Positions 11,653-24,849 of a stretch of DNA of 64,000 nt are shown here, piece after piece. How positions within the stretch are numbered: position 1 is the stretch's first letter; the number at the start of each line of letters is the position of its first letter. A model generated the notes under the pieces. That model searched no databases and had not been told where the DNA came from. It saw only the letters and a program-made list of their open reading frames with translations. Source of the DNA: Octopus sinensis (lineage: Eukaryota); the NCBI RefSeq assembly GCF_006345805.1, contig NC_043019.1, forward strand, positions 24,737,360 to 24,801,359. The letters run 5' to 3'. The translations under genes and the position numbers were made by a program.

Positions 11653-12129
11653 CATCTTCAAAGCGACGAACAAAATGTCAAAGCAAGGCCTAATAGAACC
11701 AATTCGGCCTATGTTATCGCCTTTGATTCCGGTCTTGCAGAAATCAACTTTGCCTTTCATCCGTCCGAAATCGATAATAAAAAATTGTTCCTATCAAGTC
11801 TTTGCAACCTATTACCATCTTTCAAATTTACAGTTTTAAGGCTATAACGGATATGGTTATTAGAAGGGGTAGATAAAAATAGTGGAGGATAAATGAAGCA
11901 AGAAGTGGGATTAAACTGTAGTAAGAAGGATTAAACTGGATTTGGGGGGAGATTAGCAAAACGTAGGAAAATTGAAAATGTAATGTGTTTCCTTTCTCAT
12001 GCAGCAAAGAATGACTTGAATTGGTTTTCTGTACGCGCGTGCGTATGCGGGGCCAGGCGTTAAGTTCAAGAACAGAACTTTTTGCATTACATTCATTCCT
12101 TAGTTACGTATGTTTCAACAATAAGCACT

Positions 12130-12161
<32 letters not shown>

Positions 12162-12744
12162 GGCTGTGTGATAAGTAGGTTGCTTTACCAACCACATGGT
12201 TCCAGGTTCAGTTCCACTGCATAGCACCTTGGGCAAGTATCTTCTAATTTAGCCTCGGGCTGACCAAAGCCTTGTAAGTGGATTTGGTAGACGGAAACTG
12301 AAAGAAGCCTGTCGTATATATGTATGTGTGTGCGTGTGTGTATGTAATTATGTATGTATGTCTGTGTTTGTCCCCCCACCATCGCTTGACAAACGATGCT
12401 GGTGTCTTTACGTCCCCGTAACCTAGCGGTTCAGCAAAAGAGACCGATAGAATAAGTACTAGGCTTACAAAGAATAAGTCTTGGGGTCCATTTGCTCGAC
12501 TAATGGCAGTACTCCAGCCTGTCCGCAGTCAAATGACTGAAACAAAGAAAAAAGAATATATATAAAAGTTAAAAGCATATAATGCACAAACAAACAGAAA
12601 ACAGACACAGAAGGTCACCAAATCCTCATCAGTTATCAGCCAGAGGGTCAGACGCAATTTCGTGCCTTTAACGATAATAATATTGGTCCAGTCTGTTGAC
12701 GCCGGGAAATAGTGAGCCAATGTAGAGGAGACCATACATACATG

Positions 12745-12788
<44 letters not shown>

Positions 12789-13045
12789 ACACACACACAC
12801 ACACCATATATATATATATATATCTATATATAAATGATTTTGTTATATTGATTTGAAATTTTGGTCCATAACCAATAAGTTCGGGAGAGGGAAACCGTTG
12901 ATTAAATTGATCCCAGGGATCAACTAGTACTTACTTTATCGACTTCGAAAGGATGACAGGCAAAGTCAATCTCGGTTGAAGTTGAACTCAGAACGTAAAG
13001 CCAAAAGTGCTGCTAAGCCCAGTGTGCTAACGACTCTGCCTGCTC

Positions 13046-13089
<44 letters not shown>

Positions 13090-13090
<1 letters not shown>

Positions 13091-13938
13091 GTTAAATGGA
13101 AAAATGTGTGCAAGAGAAATAATATTCTGAAACTTATAAACCTGGAAACGTACACGACAAGTTATTACATCTGGTAAAGTAAAGAGCAAGAAAATTTTTA
13201 CTTAAAATATTGCGGTGGAGGATAAAATTTCAAATAAAATATTTAGATTTAGAAAATATTAGCTTTTATTAAAACTAAACATTTTATTACAAGTTATTCT
13301 ATTTGTTATGATTAGTTACTTCAATCAAAAATAATAAATAACTTAAAAAATTTTTTGTACTTTAAAGAAATTCGTTTTTCAAATTATTAATAAATAATTA
13401 GAAAATTGAAAATAGGTTATATAAAATAATTGTAGTACATAATTAGTTAATACAATAAATAGAATAATACAAAAATTAGTTATATATTACAGTAAAATCT
13501 ACCTTTCACAACAATTTCACAGTAAAATTTGCTTGAGTTATTGCCTAAGTTATTGCCAAGTCTTCACATTTTTAGTCTTAACCCAATGCCTATTTTTTAC
13601 ATAATGAATTTTCCTACCATATATACTATTCTACTTTGCATAAACTTTAGCTATACATTCTGGATCTGATTTTTAAGTATTCTAGTGTGTCGATATTTTA
13701 CCAAAATGATGATACCTTTTTAAATTATTATGTTACTTTGTAAATTAAAATCAAATAAATTTCAATATTCAAATTTTATCCTTAGCTGCAACATTCTAAG
13801 TAGAAATTTTCTTGTCCTCTACTTTACCAGATGTAATAAGTTGTCCTGAATTTTTCCAAGTGTAATAACTCGTCCTGTACTTTTCCAGGTTTAAAAGTTT
13901 AAGCATATTATTTCTCTTGCTCGCATTTTCCCATGTAA
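13090..13938. mobile_element. AT-rich foldback/MITE-like element with about 140-bp imperfect terminal inverted repeats
   Basis: 13095-13232 is the reverse complement of about 13770-13935 (e.g. TTACATCTGGTAAAGTA / TACTTTACCAGATGTAA). The right arm has an extra about 29-bp duplication. Confidence 0.75.
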
Positions 13939-14184
13939 TCCATCTTTTTTTCCAGGTTATTATGCTTATTAATAGTGTATCACTTCTTTCTTCTATAGTT
14001 AGCTTGAGCTTGAGCTTGCTTTCTTTTCTTCATTTCTTCTTCATCCAATTGATAACTCCCACCCCACCATTGTTATCCTTTTTGTTAATCCCAGGCTCCA
14101 ATAATGAGTAACATTAAAATTAAAGCACGTAAGAAATATTTATTATTAAAAATTGAGTACTTGTTTTGTGTTAGTATATATGTT

Positions 14185-14266
<82 letters not shown>

Positions 14267-14472
14267 TATAGAAAATCTAACTTCAAGATGCTTTTAAATA
14301 ATTTAAAAATTTTTAATTTTATTTGAAAATTGCTTTTGGTTTTTGTATCTCGTTATTTAGTTACATAAAATTGTTTTTGCATCGATATTTACTGTAATCC
14401 TTCAGCTTGTTTTTCAGTCATTCGGTCACTCCTGACGATCACGTGGTTTAATCAGTCCCAGCTAAGCATACA

Positions 14473-14851
14473 TCTTTATATATAAAAGTCAAGTTATGTG
14501 TCTGTCTCCTACGATTTAGATTCCTAACTACTCCCACATTTTGCGGTGCAGTTTAACCAAAACCGGGTATCTTATAGTCGTGATTCATATCGAGCCCTTC
14601 TGGGTATTAGCGCGCGTCCACGATGAGTCTACGATTTTTTAAAAATTTACCATAATTTTTTTCCATTTTAATGCATTTTTTCGCTATTATATAAGGGAAG
14701 TAACTCTCTAAAAATGTCTACGATGAGTCAACGATTTAAAAATAATTTACCATCATTTTTTTTCCATTTTTAATGCATTTTTTTGCTATTTTTTGGCTAT
14801 AACTCTCTAAAAATGCTTACAAACCCGAGCAACGCCGGGCGATACTGCTAG
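14473..14851 (+). mobile_element. Non-autonomous Helitron (379 bp) with an internal about 100-bp tandem duplication
   Basis: A|TC start, subterminal hairpin CCCG-AGCAACGC-CGGG, CTAG|T end, no TSD. Confidence 0.9.
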
Positions 14852-15907
14852 TAAAATATATTTTAAAGAATATATTGAGTTATGAAGTAAGTTTTCTTTC
14901 ATTTTCTGAAAGAGACTACAACGCATATAGTTATAAATATTAAATCACATGGACATAATTTCTATATTACACCTCTTCACTGCACTTACCACTAAAGTTT
15001 CTTTGAAATGCTTTCAGTCACAAAAAATTTATTTTAGCACATTTTTTTCTGCCGAACCACTTTTGACCCGGTTTTCAGTATTAAAGCCCTCGGATTTGGG
15101 TATTTTATGAAAGCTTCGCAGTACTAATTTTCTTCTATTGGGATAGCTTAAAGACGAATTTAAGCCTTACTTCAAAATATGACCATTTTTAACTCTATAA
15201 GTATCTTTTTTCCAGCGGTACCAATATTTCGCATTAAGATCTTTTTTCTCTAACTTAAAATAACGAGAGAGACAGAAAGCAATCTGTCCAACACTGTAAG
15301 CACTCTGCTAATTGGCCGCCCTGGTACACCCAACACGTATTGTATACCACAATGGTGTCCCTGCGACTCCGTCAAGGAGTCAAAAGCTCAAAATTAACAA
15401 AGGCCTCTGTGTGTGCGCGCGTGTTTGGTATAAAATGATAATTCGGTTATTGAAGGTGCCTCAAAGGAGACTCATTGTTGTAATATGAGTTGATGGGACA
15501 AAATGGCTTCAAATTAACTTGAAATTTTAAATTTCTTGGGAGAATTTCGTCACAAGGATTGGTCCCTAGGCTGCAATTTACATTCTATTCCAAATATGGT
15601 TCCACGCTAAAACCACTGTTCTATTGGAAACTGAGACAACCTCAGATGGCTCGAAACAAAACATTATTCACCAATTGTCTAGTTTCATTCATCCAATCGT
15701 GCGACGTTTTCTTACTCCCACATCGTTTATCTTTTATCTCACACCTATTTATCCAACCCAAGTGACATTTTATTGACTCTACTAGGTGACATTTTTTTTA
15801 TTCATCAACTCATTTCATGGATTTTCTTTTCCCCAGCACAGCATTTGTTTCTAGTGCAGTCTTGTTCTTTTGTATCGTGGGCAATTGGAATTACAGTTTG
15901 CCGTTTT

Positions 15908-16298
15908 ACATCATGCTCGGAATGGTCAGTGGCAAGAAGGACATCATGCTCGGAATGGTCAGTGGCAAGAAGGACATCATGCTCGGAATGGTCAGTGGCA
16001 AGAAGGACATCATGCTCGGAATGGTCAGTGGCAAGAAGGACATCATGCTCGGAATGGTCAGTGGCAAGAAGGACATCATGCTCGGAATGGTCAGTGGCAA
16101 GAAGGACATCATGCTCGGAATGGTCAGTGGCAAGAGAGGAATAGGCCGACCAAGAACTCGCTGGCTTGACACCATCAAGAGGGATACCGGAATGGACATA
16201 GCCAGTCTGAAAGAAGCGGCCCAGGATAGAACTGACTGGAGGACACTGATCCATCGAGTAACCGAGAGTCGGCTTCGACTGAGCGGATAGATAGATAG
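15908..16298 (+). mobile_element. 5'-truncated RTE LINE 3' end whose 5' part is a perfect 33-bp tandem array (6 full units plus a 7th reading into the ORF)
   Basis: GKRGIGRPRTRWLDTIKRD...DRTDWRTLIHRVTESRLRLSG* matches the RTE ORF2 C-terminus, followed by a (GATA)n tail. Confidence 0.85.
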
Positions 16299-17532
16299 TG
16301 TTACATTTCGTTTTGGAATTATTGCAATATTTTTCGTTCCTTGATAAAATCATTTTTTGAGCACAAGACCATTATTCGTTCTTGTGTTATAGGAGAAACA
16401 AATAAACTTACTAAAAGAATCCTACTATGAAGCTTAGAGTTGAATGTATCCAAAAGCTCGGTGAAAAACATATTAATAACCTCTGGATGGTTGAAACGGC
16501 CACCGACGCTTTTAGCTGTTCATGTGACCTGTGACACGAACTGCTACTCATATACTAAGTGGCCTGTATACCCATCTATTTAACTCTTCCTCGATCCCGC
16601 AACAATTTCACAGTAAATGGTGGGATTTACTCAAGATGTCACACAAAGAGTGATTAAAAAATTTGGCTTTGGTGGAGTTCAGCTCAATTTCGATCTATTA
16701 AAAGCTTTCGATAGGATCGGCTTTTGATACCCATCATTATCCGAAACAAGCTTGTGTGAATGAATCGACCCCCAGCTTGAAATTGAATTCCGGACATCAC
16801 AGCTGAGGGCGAGAACTTGTGTTTGATAATCAAAGTAATTCAGAATGGAAGGGATTCCCTAACTGACAAATGGGGCGTTGTTCTCCATTTAGCTGTTGGG
16901 GAAGTGGATAAGGAACGTTATTGCTTGTATTCTACCGACCAGGAGTTAGAAACCAGCGGGCCGCAGGCCAGTACTGGATCGTGGATCATTTGGCTTGGGG
17001 CCCACAAAGAAAAAACAATGAATTTTAAAATTTTATATGTATTTTATTGAGTATCGCAGTCTGCAGGGAGTTTTGCGGTGAACATGTACGATATATGTAA
17101 TATCCATGTATCATATGTGTAATATATATGCATTATATATGTAATGATTAAATTATATATCATGCACGTTATTGTGTTTTGTTATACGTTTTGTTATACG
17201 CGTGATTCCGCCAGTCCATGGAAAAATCCTCTTGCATGAAACCGATTCCTGATGTAAAGAGAGGTTGGGGCCAACTGCTGTAGACAATATTAACAATGAT
17301 CCCCTTGAGTGGGGTACTCTGCAAATCAATGAAATTATGCTGAATAGCTTTTTCCAAAGGACATTCAATTTCGAGATTGTGGATTATTTCCATTAATGCT
17401 TACCGATTGAGGGAAATCGTTGCCAGTTCGAGATAAGCTTTCTACACACAACAATATATCGCGAGCCGAAGCTGTCTGAGATGCTCGTCAAATGACTGAG
17501 TTAACAGGTGAAATTATAGTTAATTTTTTGGC

Positions 17533-17850
17533 TCAAAAAGCAAAAAGCAAGGCCATGTAGGGGGACATGGAGTTATGTACAGGGAAGGTGTTCATGCAAA
17601 GAGTTCAGGCCATTTCTGGTCAAGAGAGACTTTGAACCGAGCGGTCGTCGGCATCTTCACTATCTCGTCCGGCAGCTTATTCCACGGATCCGCAACCCGG
17701 ACGGAGGAAGCCCCTCTCCTTCGATTGAGATGAAATCGTCGCAGATAGAGCTTTTCGGAGTGACCCCGCAGCCGACGCTCTGGAGCAGGAGTGAAGAACA
17801 GCTCTTTCGAGAGGTTACACTTTCCGCTTATGATGTTGTGAGCAAGAATG
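17533..17850 (-). mobile_element. CR1-clade LINE 3' fragment
   Basis: The minus strand encodes RLRGHSEKLYLRRFHLNRR..RVADPWNKLPDEIV..FKVSLD, followed by a (CTTTTTG)-type tail. Confidence 0.8.
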
Positions 17851-18283
17851 GGATGGATGTCATCACGTGTAAAATGGATCCGGATGTCGTCCGAATCCCA
17901 TGTAGAATATCTCCGATGACAAGGAATAACAGGCTGTTTTCTTTTCTATTCAAGTTATGGCGAAAATAGTAGCTTAGGAGATGACGTTAAAAGGATCTTT
18001 TCGTTCTGAGTTCAAATTCGAGAGATGTCGACTATGTTTTTTCATCCATCCGAAGTCGAAAATATAAAATACCAGTCAAGTACTGGGACCAATTTCGTCA
18101 ATTGTCCCCTTCCTCTTACTTTGAGGTCAAGTCGCTGAAGGACGAGGAATGGACAGAAGCATTAGAGTGTCGGACAGGATTGCCTTGTAGTAATGGTACC
18201 TGATCTTTACATTCTGAGTTCAAATTCTCCTCGGGTCATATTTATTTTCAATCTATCGTTCAAGTACTGGTGATGATTTAATC

Positions 18284-18484
18284 CAGTGGTTTTCAACCAG
18301 AGTTCCGCCAGTACAGTCCAGGGGTTCCGCAAGAAGTTACAAAACTGCTAAAACCGGCAGTAATTTTTAATTCTCGTGTGCAGATATGTGTGCATAAGAC
18401 TATTAAATTATTGCACAGGGGTTCCTCGAGCCAGTGGAATGTTTCCTTGGGGTTCTGCTCCAGCAAAAAGGTTGAAAAGCACTG
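18284..18484. mobile_element. 201-bp hAT (Charlie-like) MITE inserted in a SINE
   Basis: TIRs CAGTGGTTTTCAACC / GGTTGAAAAGCACTG, with a perfect 8-bp TSD ATTTAATC (18276-18283 and 18485-18492). Confidence 0.92.
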
Positions 18485-18839
18485 ATTTAATCGATTAACC
18501 TAACACCTCCCCTCAAAGATCTGGCCTCACACCTAACTTATTTCTCTTCGCGTGTGTGGGAAGGTCCTTCCTTCAGGCACAGCGGCCGGCTTATAAAAAA
18601 TTGCTCGACTGGAACAGTAATATTAAAGTCGGTTGACCAGATTTCATTGTATTTAACTGCAAACAACGAGCCGACAGTGGTGGCCAAGTGGAGTTGACAA
18701 ATGCGAAATGACGTTGACGAATTAGCAGCTGCACGGAATAATCTATTTTGCACATTTGACTCAGCGATGTTGTTTGTCCTCTGCGGGTCAGCGAACAGGC
18801 CTCAACGACACACGTATATATTAATTTGGTGCACTCGCA

Positions 18840-18843
18840 AACG

Positions 18844-18887
<44 letters not shown>

Positions 18888-19066
18888 CACACACACACAC
18901 ACTCGCACATACACACGCACACACACATACCCATACACACACATACACACATACATACACACACACATACACACACACACACACTTGCACACACGTACAC
19001 ATAAATGCACATACACATACATACATGCACAGACACACATACACGCACACGTACATGCACATGCGC

Positions 19067-19109
<43 letters not shown>

Positions 19110-19299
19110 AACTTTCATGCATACATACATGCATGCATGCTTGCATACATGTGAATGTTTGAATATGTACGCGTGTGCGTGTGAGCATGTCTGTGTGCAA
19201 GAAGTAAATTATACATATTCATACACACACGCACACATGTATATGTGTGTGCGTGTGTGCATGCGTGTGTGTGTGTGTGTGTGTGTGTATACATATACA

Positions 19300-19331
<32 letters not shown>

Positions 19332-19430
19332 GTCATATGTATATACACACACACATATGTACACACGCACACATACGCATATACGCATTCATATATAATC
19401 ACACACTTACATGCATTCATGCACATACGA
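18840..19430. repeat. Compound CA/CATA/TG microsatellite field
   Basis: Direct reading. Confidence 0.95.
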
Positions 19431-19808
19431 AAATACACGAAATGCCTTGATGACGAAGACAAAAACAAGATTCTAGCGGCATTAATAGTAATGGTGGTGG
19501 TGGTGGTGGTGGTGGTGGTGGTGGTGGTGGTGGTGGTGGTGGTGGTGGCCAGGCATTTGCTAAGTAAAACTATTTATATAAAGTCAAAATGAAACGCTTA
19601 AAGGTTGTAATGGTTCAGTGGTTTAGTTAAATGGTTACACACGTCTCCGTGGCTGGTTTCATGTTAATCACCATCCGACGATATTTCAGGAATGCATCGA
19701 ATCCAGCTGCTGCCGCCGGCTGCTCTCTCTTGTAAATGGTGGTCGTGACCTCTACACTAGATGACTTCTTTACATTTCATTGAAACACACACACACACAC
19801 ACACACAC

Positions 19809-19844
<36 letters not shown>

Positions 19845-22191
19845 TATATATATATATATATAAACAACCACATACACATGCATCGGGTATTTGGTTATAT
19901 TGGGAAGTGTTAATGTTAATATTCTTACGAAACCGGGTTGGTGTATGTGTAAGGGGGAGCGCGAGAGGGTCAAGCAGAGAGAAATGCATTCTGAGACACA
20001 TTCTGCAAATTGAATTTACTGGTGGTAGTGAAAATATGCAAGAATTCTTTTGTAAAATTACTGTTGCTATCTTAGTTAGAAACCAGCCACATCAATCATT
20101 CACTGAAACCACGAGATAATTTATATTCCCCAGTCAACTAGATCATTGTGGGCCATAGACCCTACCCCATGTAAACGCCACTCTTTCTGATAAGTCTCCT
20201 GCCGAAATTAAGCTATATTCGCCATTATGTTTCTTCAGCTGCCCTTCGATGGCTGATTTTGTCTCACAAACACCAATTATGTTGATAGTGAAACGCCCCA
20301 GTTCTCTGGAGACGGATGCTGACCGTTTGGTTGTTCAAACGACCGAAGATTCAAATTTATATTGCATTCTTCCGTTCGTTCCTCAAAATATGACCACTTC
20401 ACTCCGGATGGGGCCATCCAGTCGGAGAAGATGAAACAGGCTATGTCTGAGGTTTTATTACTTGTCACTTGCCAATGTACCTTCCTAGAAACGACTGACC
20501 CGGAGCAGCTGTAACTACCATAAGACTTGGTCCAAATATGACTTGATCATCGAACAAATTCTGTTTCGGCACCATTTCCTGTTGCATCCCCGTTCCCGGC
20601 GCCGGGCAGGAGATGGACTGTTTTTGAGGGACGTTTATGAGCGGTTTTTGTTTAGTGTGACAAACCTGTTGCACGTCTATCGATCCATTTCTCTATTTAC
20701 CTTTTTCTCAATCTCTGTCTATCCCCTTCTCTCTCCCTTCTTTCTCACCTCTCCCTCTCTCTCTTCTCTCTCAGTTCCTCTCTCTCTTTCATGTGTGTGT
20801 GTACAGACAGATAAGGTGTCCGGGCTAAATTTGACAGTTTGCCAAAAAAAAAGGAAAACAAAGCACAACATTCCATCCCCAAATTAAATTGTCTTTAAAA
20901 ATCAAAGCAGGACTTCACCAATTTCAGAAAACTGACTCCTGGAATGGATGGATGGAAGCACTCCGTCGGTTACGACGACGAGGGTTCCGGTTGATCCGAA
21001 TCAACGGAATAGCCTGCTCGTGAAATTAACGTGTAAGTGGCTGAGTATTCCACAGACACGTGTACCCTTAACGTAGTTCTCGGGGATATTCAGCGTGACA
21101 CAGAGAGCGACAAGGCCGGCCCTTTGTAATACAGGTACAACAGAAACAGGAAGTAAGAGTGAGAGAAAGTTGTGGTGAAAGAGTACAGCAGGGATCACCA
21201 CCATCCCTGCCGGAGCCTCATGGAGCTTTAGGTGTTTTTGCTCAATAAACACTCACAACGCCCGGTCTGGGAATCGAAACCGCGATCCAATACCGCGAGT
21301 CCGCTGCCCTAACCACTGGGCCATTGCGCCTCCACAGATGTGGAATGATAGTTTAACTGAAAAGAAATAGGTAAATAATACGAGAAAAGACAAAGAAACG
21401 AAAGAAAGTAGTGTGGAGAAGATATTAGAATAAACAAGCGAAGATTAAGGATGACCATTTAAAATTTGCATCTAACCGTTACGTTTTCTCTTGTTTTATA
21501 TCGTAATATTACCACTAACACTGATAAGTATCAAAGTAGGTAGATTGTATAACAGAGTATCAATGTCTTTGACGTATGACAAAGCACACTCGTATTTAAC
21601 TACCAGCGCCTCTACATAGTAGCAACTTTGTTGAATTACATCATATTACTTCTGAATTTTTACGAGTAGTCAAACTGTTACGAACTCTAATAATTATTTA
21701 GATTATGATGGATGGCTTTATTGCCTTTTAGTGCCGAAATCACAAAAATTTCCGATTAGGCAGCAGAAGATGGGAAGTTCTCTGTTTTATGTTGTCGGTT
21801 ATTATTATATAGTCGCTCGTTATTTCTGTTTGCTGTCAAAGTTTCTGTAAATCATGTGTTAATTTTAAATCAAGTAATTTTATTGATCTATTTTTTTTTT
21901 TTTTTTTGTGTAGAAAATTTGTTGGCGTTTATAAAGAAGCTGTTGGTGGTGCGTACCATTTTTATGTGTAAATGCATTTTTTTGGCTTTAAGGATATCAC
22001 GAAAGACCTGGTTGGGGGCCTAACCTCCTGAGTTCTTTTACAGGGCTTAGAAGAAAAAAACTGAAGGATTGTTGCAAAAAGTGAATCTGAGAAGGGAATA
22101 TGTTAGTTGATATATATATATATATATATATTATATTAAATTAGAGACAAAACCACTATTATGCAAATCAATATATATATATAATATTATA

Positions 22192-22239
<48 letters not shown>

Positions 22240-22267
22240 ATATATATATAATTATATATATATATAT

Positions 22268-22537
22268 GGAGGCGCAATGGTTAGGGCAGCGGACTCGCGG
22301 TTTCGATTCCCAGACCGGGCGTTGTGTGTGTTTATTGAGCGAAAACACCTAAAAGCTCCACGAGGCTCCGGCAGGGGGTGGTGATCCCTGCTGTACTTTT
22401 TCACCACTCTTTCTTCTGTTGGCCTGCTCGCTTAGCCAGCGGGGTGGCGTCATTCAAAGGCAAAAAAATGCGAACGCATTGTGACCAGCGATGTGTAACA
22501 ACATCTGATGGTCTGGTCGGTCACGTGATATATATAT

Positions 22538-22545
<8 letters not shown>
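22268..22545 (+). mobile_element. SINE family B, tail type 2 (second copy at 42644-42945)
   Basis: Same head and core as the 5765 copy but a different 3' half (CCTGCTCGCTTAGCCAGCGGGGTGGC...GGTCGGTCACG). Confidence 0.85.
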
Positions 22546-22579
<34 letters not shown>

Positions 22580-23018
22580 GTATGTATGTATGTATGTACA
22601 AATAAGAAAATGGTGGAACAAATTTATTTCAATCATCGTCTTACAGATATTACCAATTCATATTATTTATTAACTACTTAAATAGGAACATCCAAATCTA
22701 ACAAAATAAAGCAATATACATCAATAAGTAAGATAATACCATAAAAATAATAAAAGTGTATTATTTTTATGGTATTATTTTACTTATTGATTGAAATGAA
22801 TTTGTTCCACCATTTTCTTATTTGTATTAAGAATTTGAGGTAAAATATTTTACCTTCGCCCATCTAATACAATAAATGAATTAATTGCATTGCAATTATA
22901 AGCATTTATGTATTTGCCTTCTTGGGTGCTTCACCAGCAGTATATTGGATAACTGATATCCCATAGTGGGTTACACTCATAACCCCTATCTCACTTTGTA
23001 CTTTTATGTATGTATGTA

Positions 23019-23082
<64 letters not shown>

Positions 23083-23879
23083 TATATTATATATATATAC
23101 ATATGTGTGTGTGTGTGTGTGTGTATATGCGTATATTTATTTACACACACACACACACGAATGTGTGCGCGCGCGTATGTGTGCGCATGTGCGCATGTGT
23201 GTGTGTTATTTTCGTTGTGTTTACGTGATGCAAAAATCGAACACAAAGTGCTCAATACATACCTGTGTTCCAAATGTGTACAAAATGTTATGATTGTCTG
23301 ATGGCAAAGCGGGTTCTTTCGTCACACCTATAGAATTCGTGAAGTTAAACACCGTCAACTGCATGAAATCTTTAGACATCCAAGATGAATCCGTTTAAAC
23401 TCTACAGCTCATAACTATAAGTATGGGGTCTCATCACGGGAGTGTGCGGAGATGCACAGTAAATACAGAACTCCTAAGAGATTTCCAATGGGGGGAAGCA
23501 CTCCGTCGGTTACGACGACGAGGGTTCCGGTTGATCAGCCTGCTCGTGAAATTAACGTGTAAGTGGCTGAGCACTCCACAGACACGTGTACCCTTAACGT
23601 AGTTCTCGGGGATATTCAGCGTGAGACAGAGAGTGACAAGGCCGGCCCCTTGAAATTCAGGTACAACAGAAACAGGAAGTAAGAGTGAGAGAAAGTCGTG
23701 GTGAAAGAGTACAGCAGGGATCACCACCATCCCCTGCCGGAGCCTCGTGGAGCTTTAGGTGTTTTCGCTCAATAAACACACACAACGCCCGGTCTGGGAA
23801 TCGAAACCGCGATCCTACGACCGCGAGCCCGCTGCCCTAACCACTGGGCCATTGCGCCTCCACTGTTGTACTACTACAC

Positions 23880-24830
<951 letters not shown>

Positions 24831-24849
24831 TTGTTCAATCATGTAATAA

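Noticed and set aside
15908-16138. CRISPR-like appearance of the 33-bp array (also the 21-bp and 15-bp arrays)
   Set aside because: Head-to-tail repeats without unique spacers, no cas genes, eukaryotic context.
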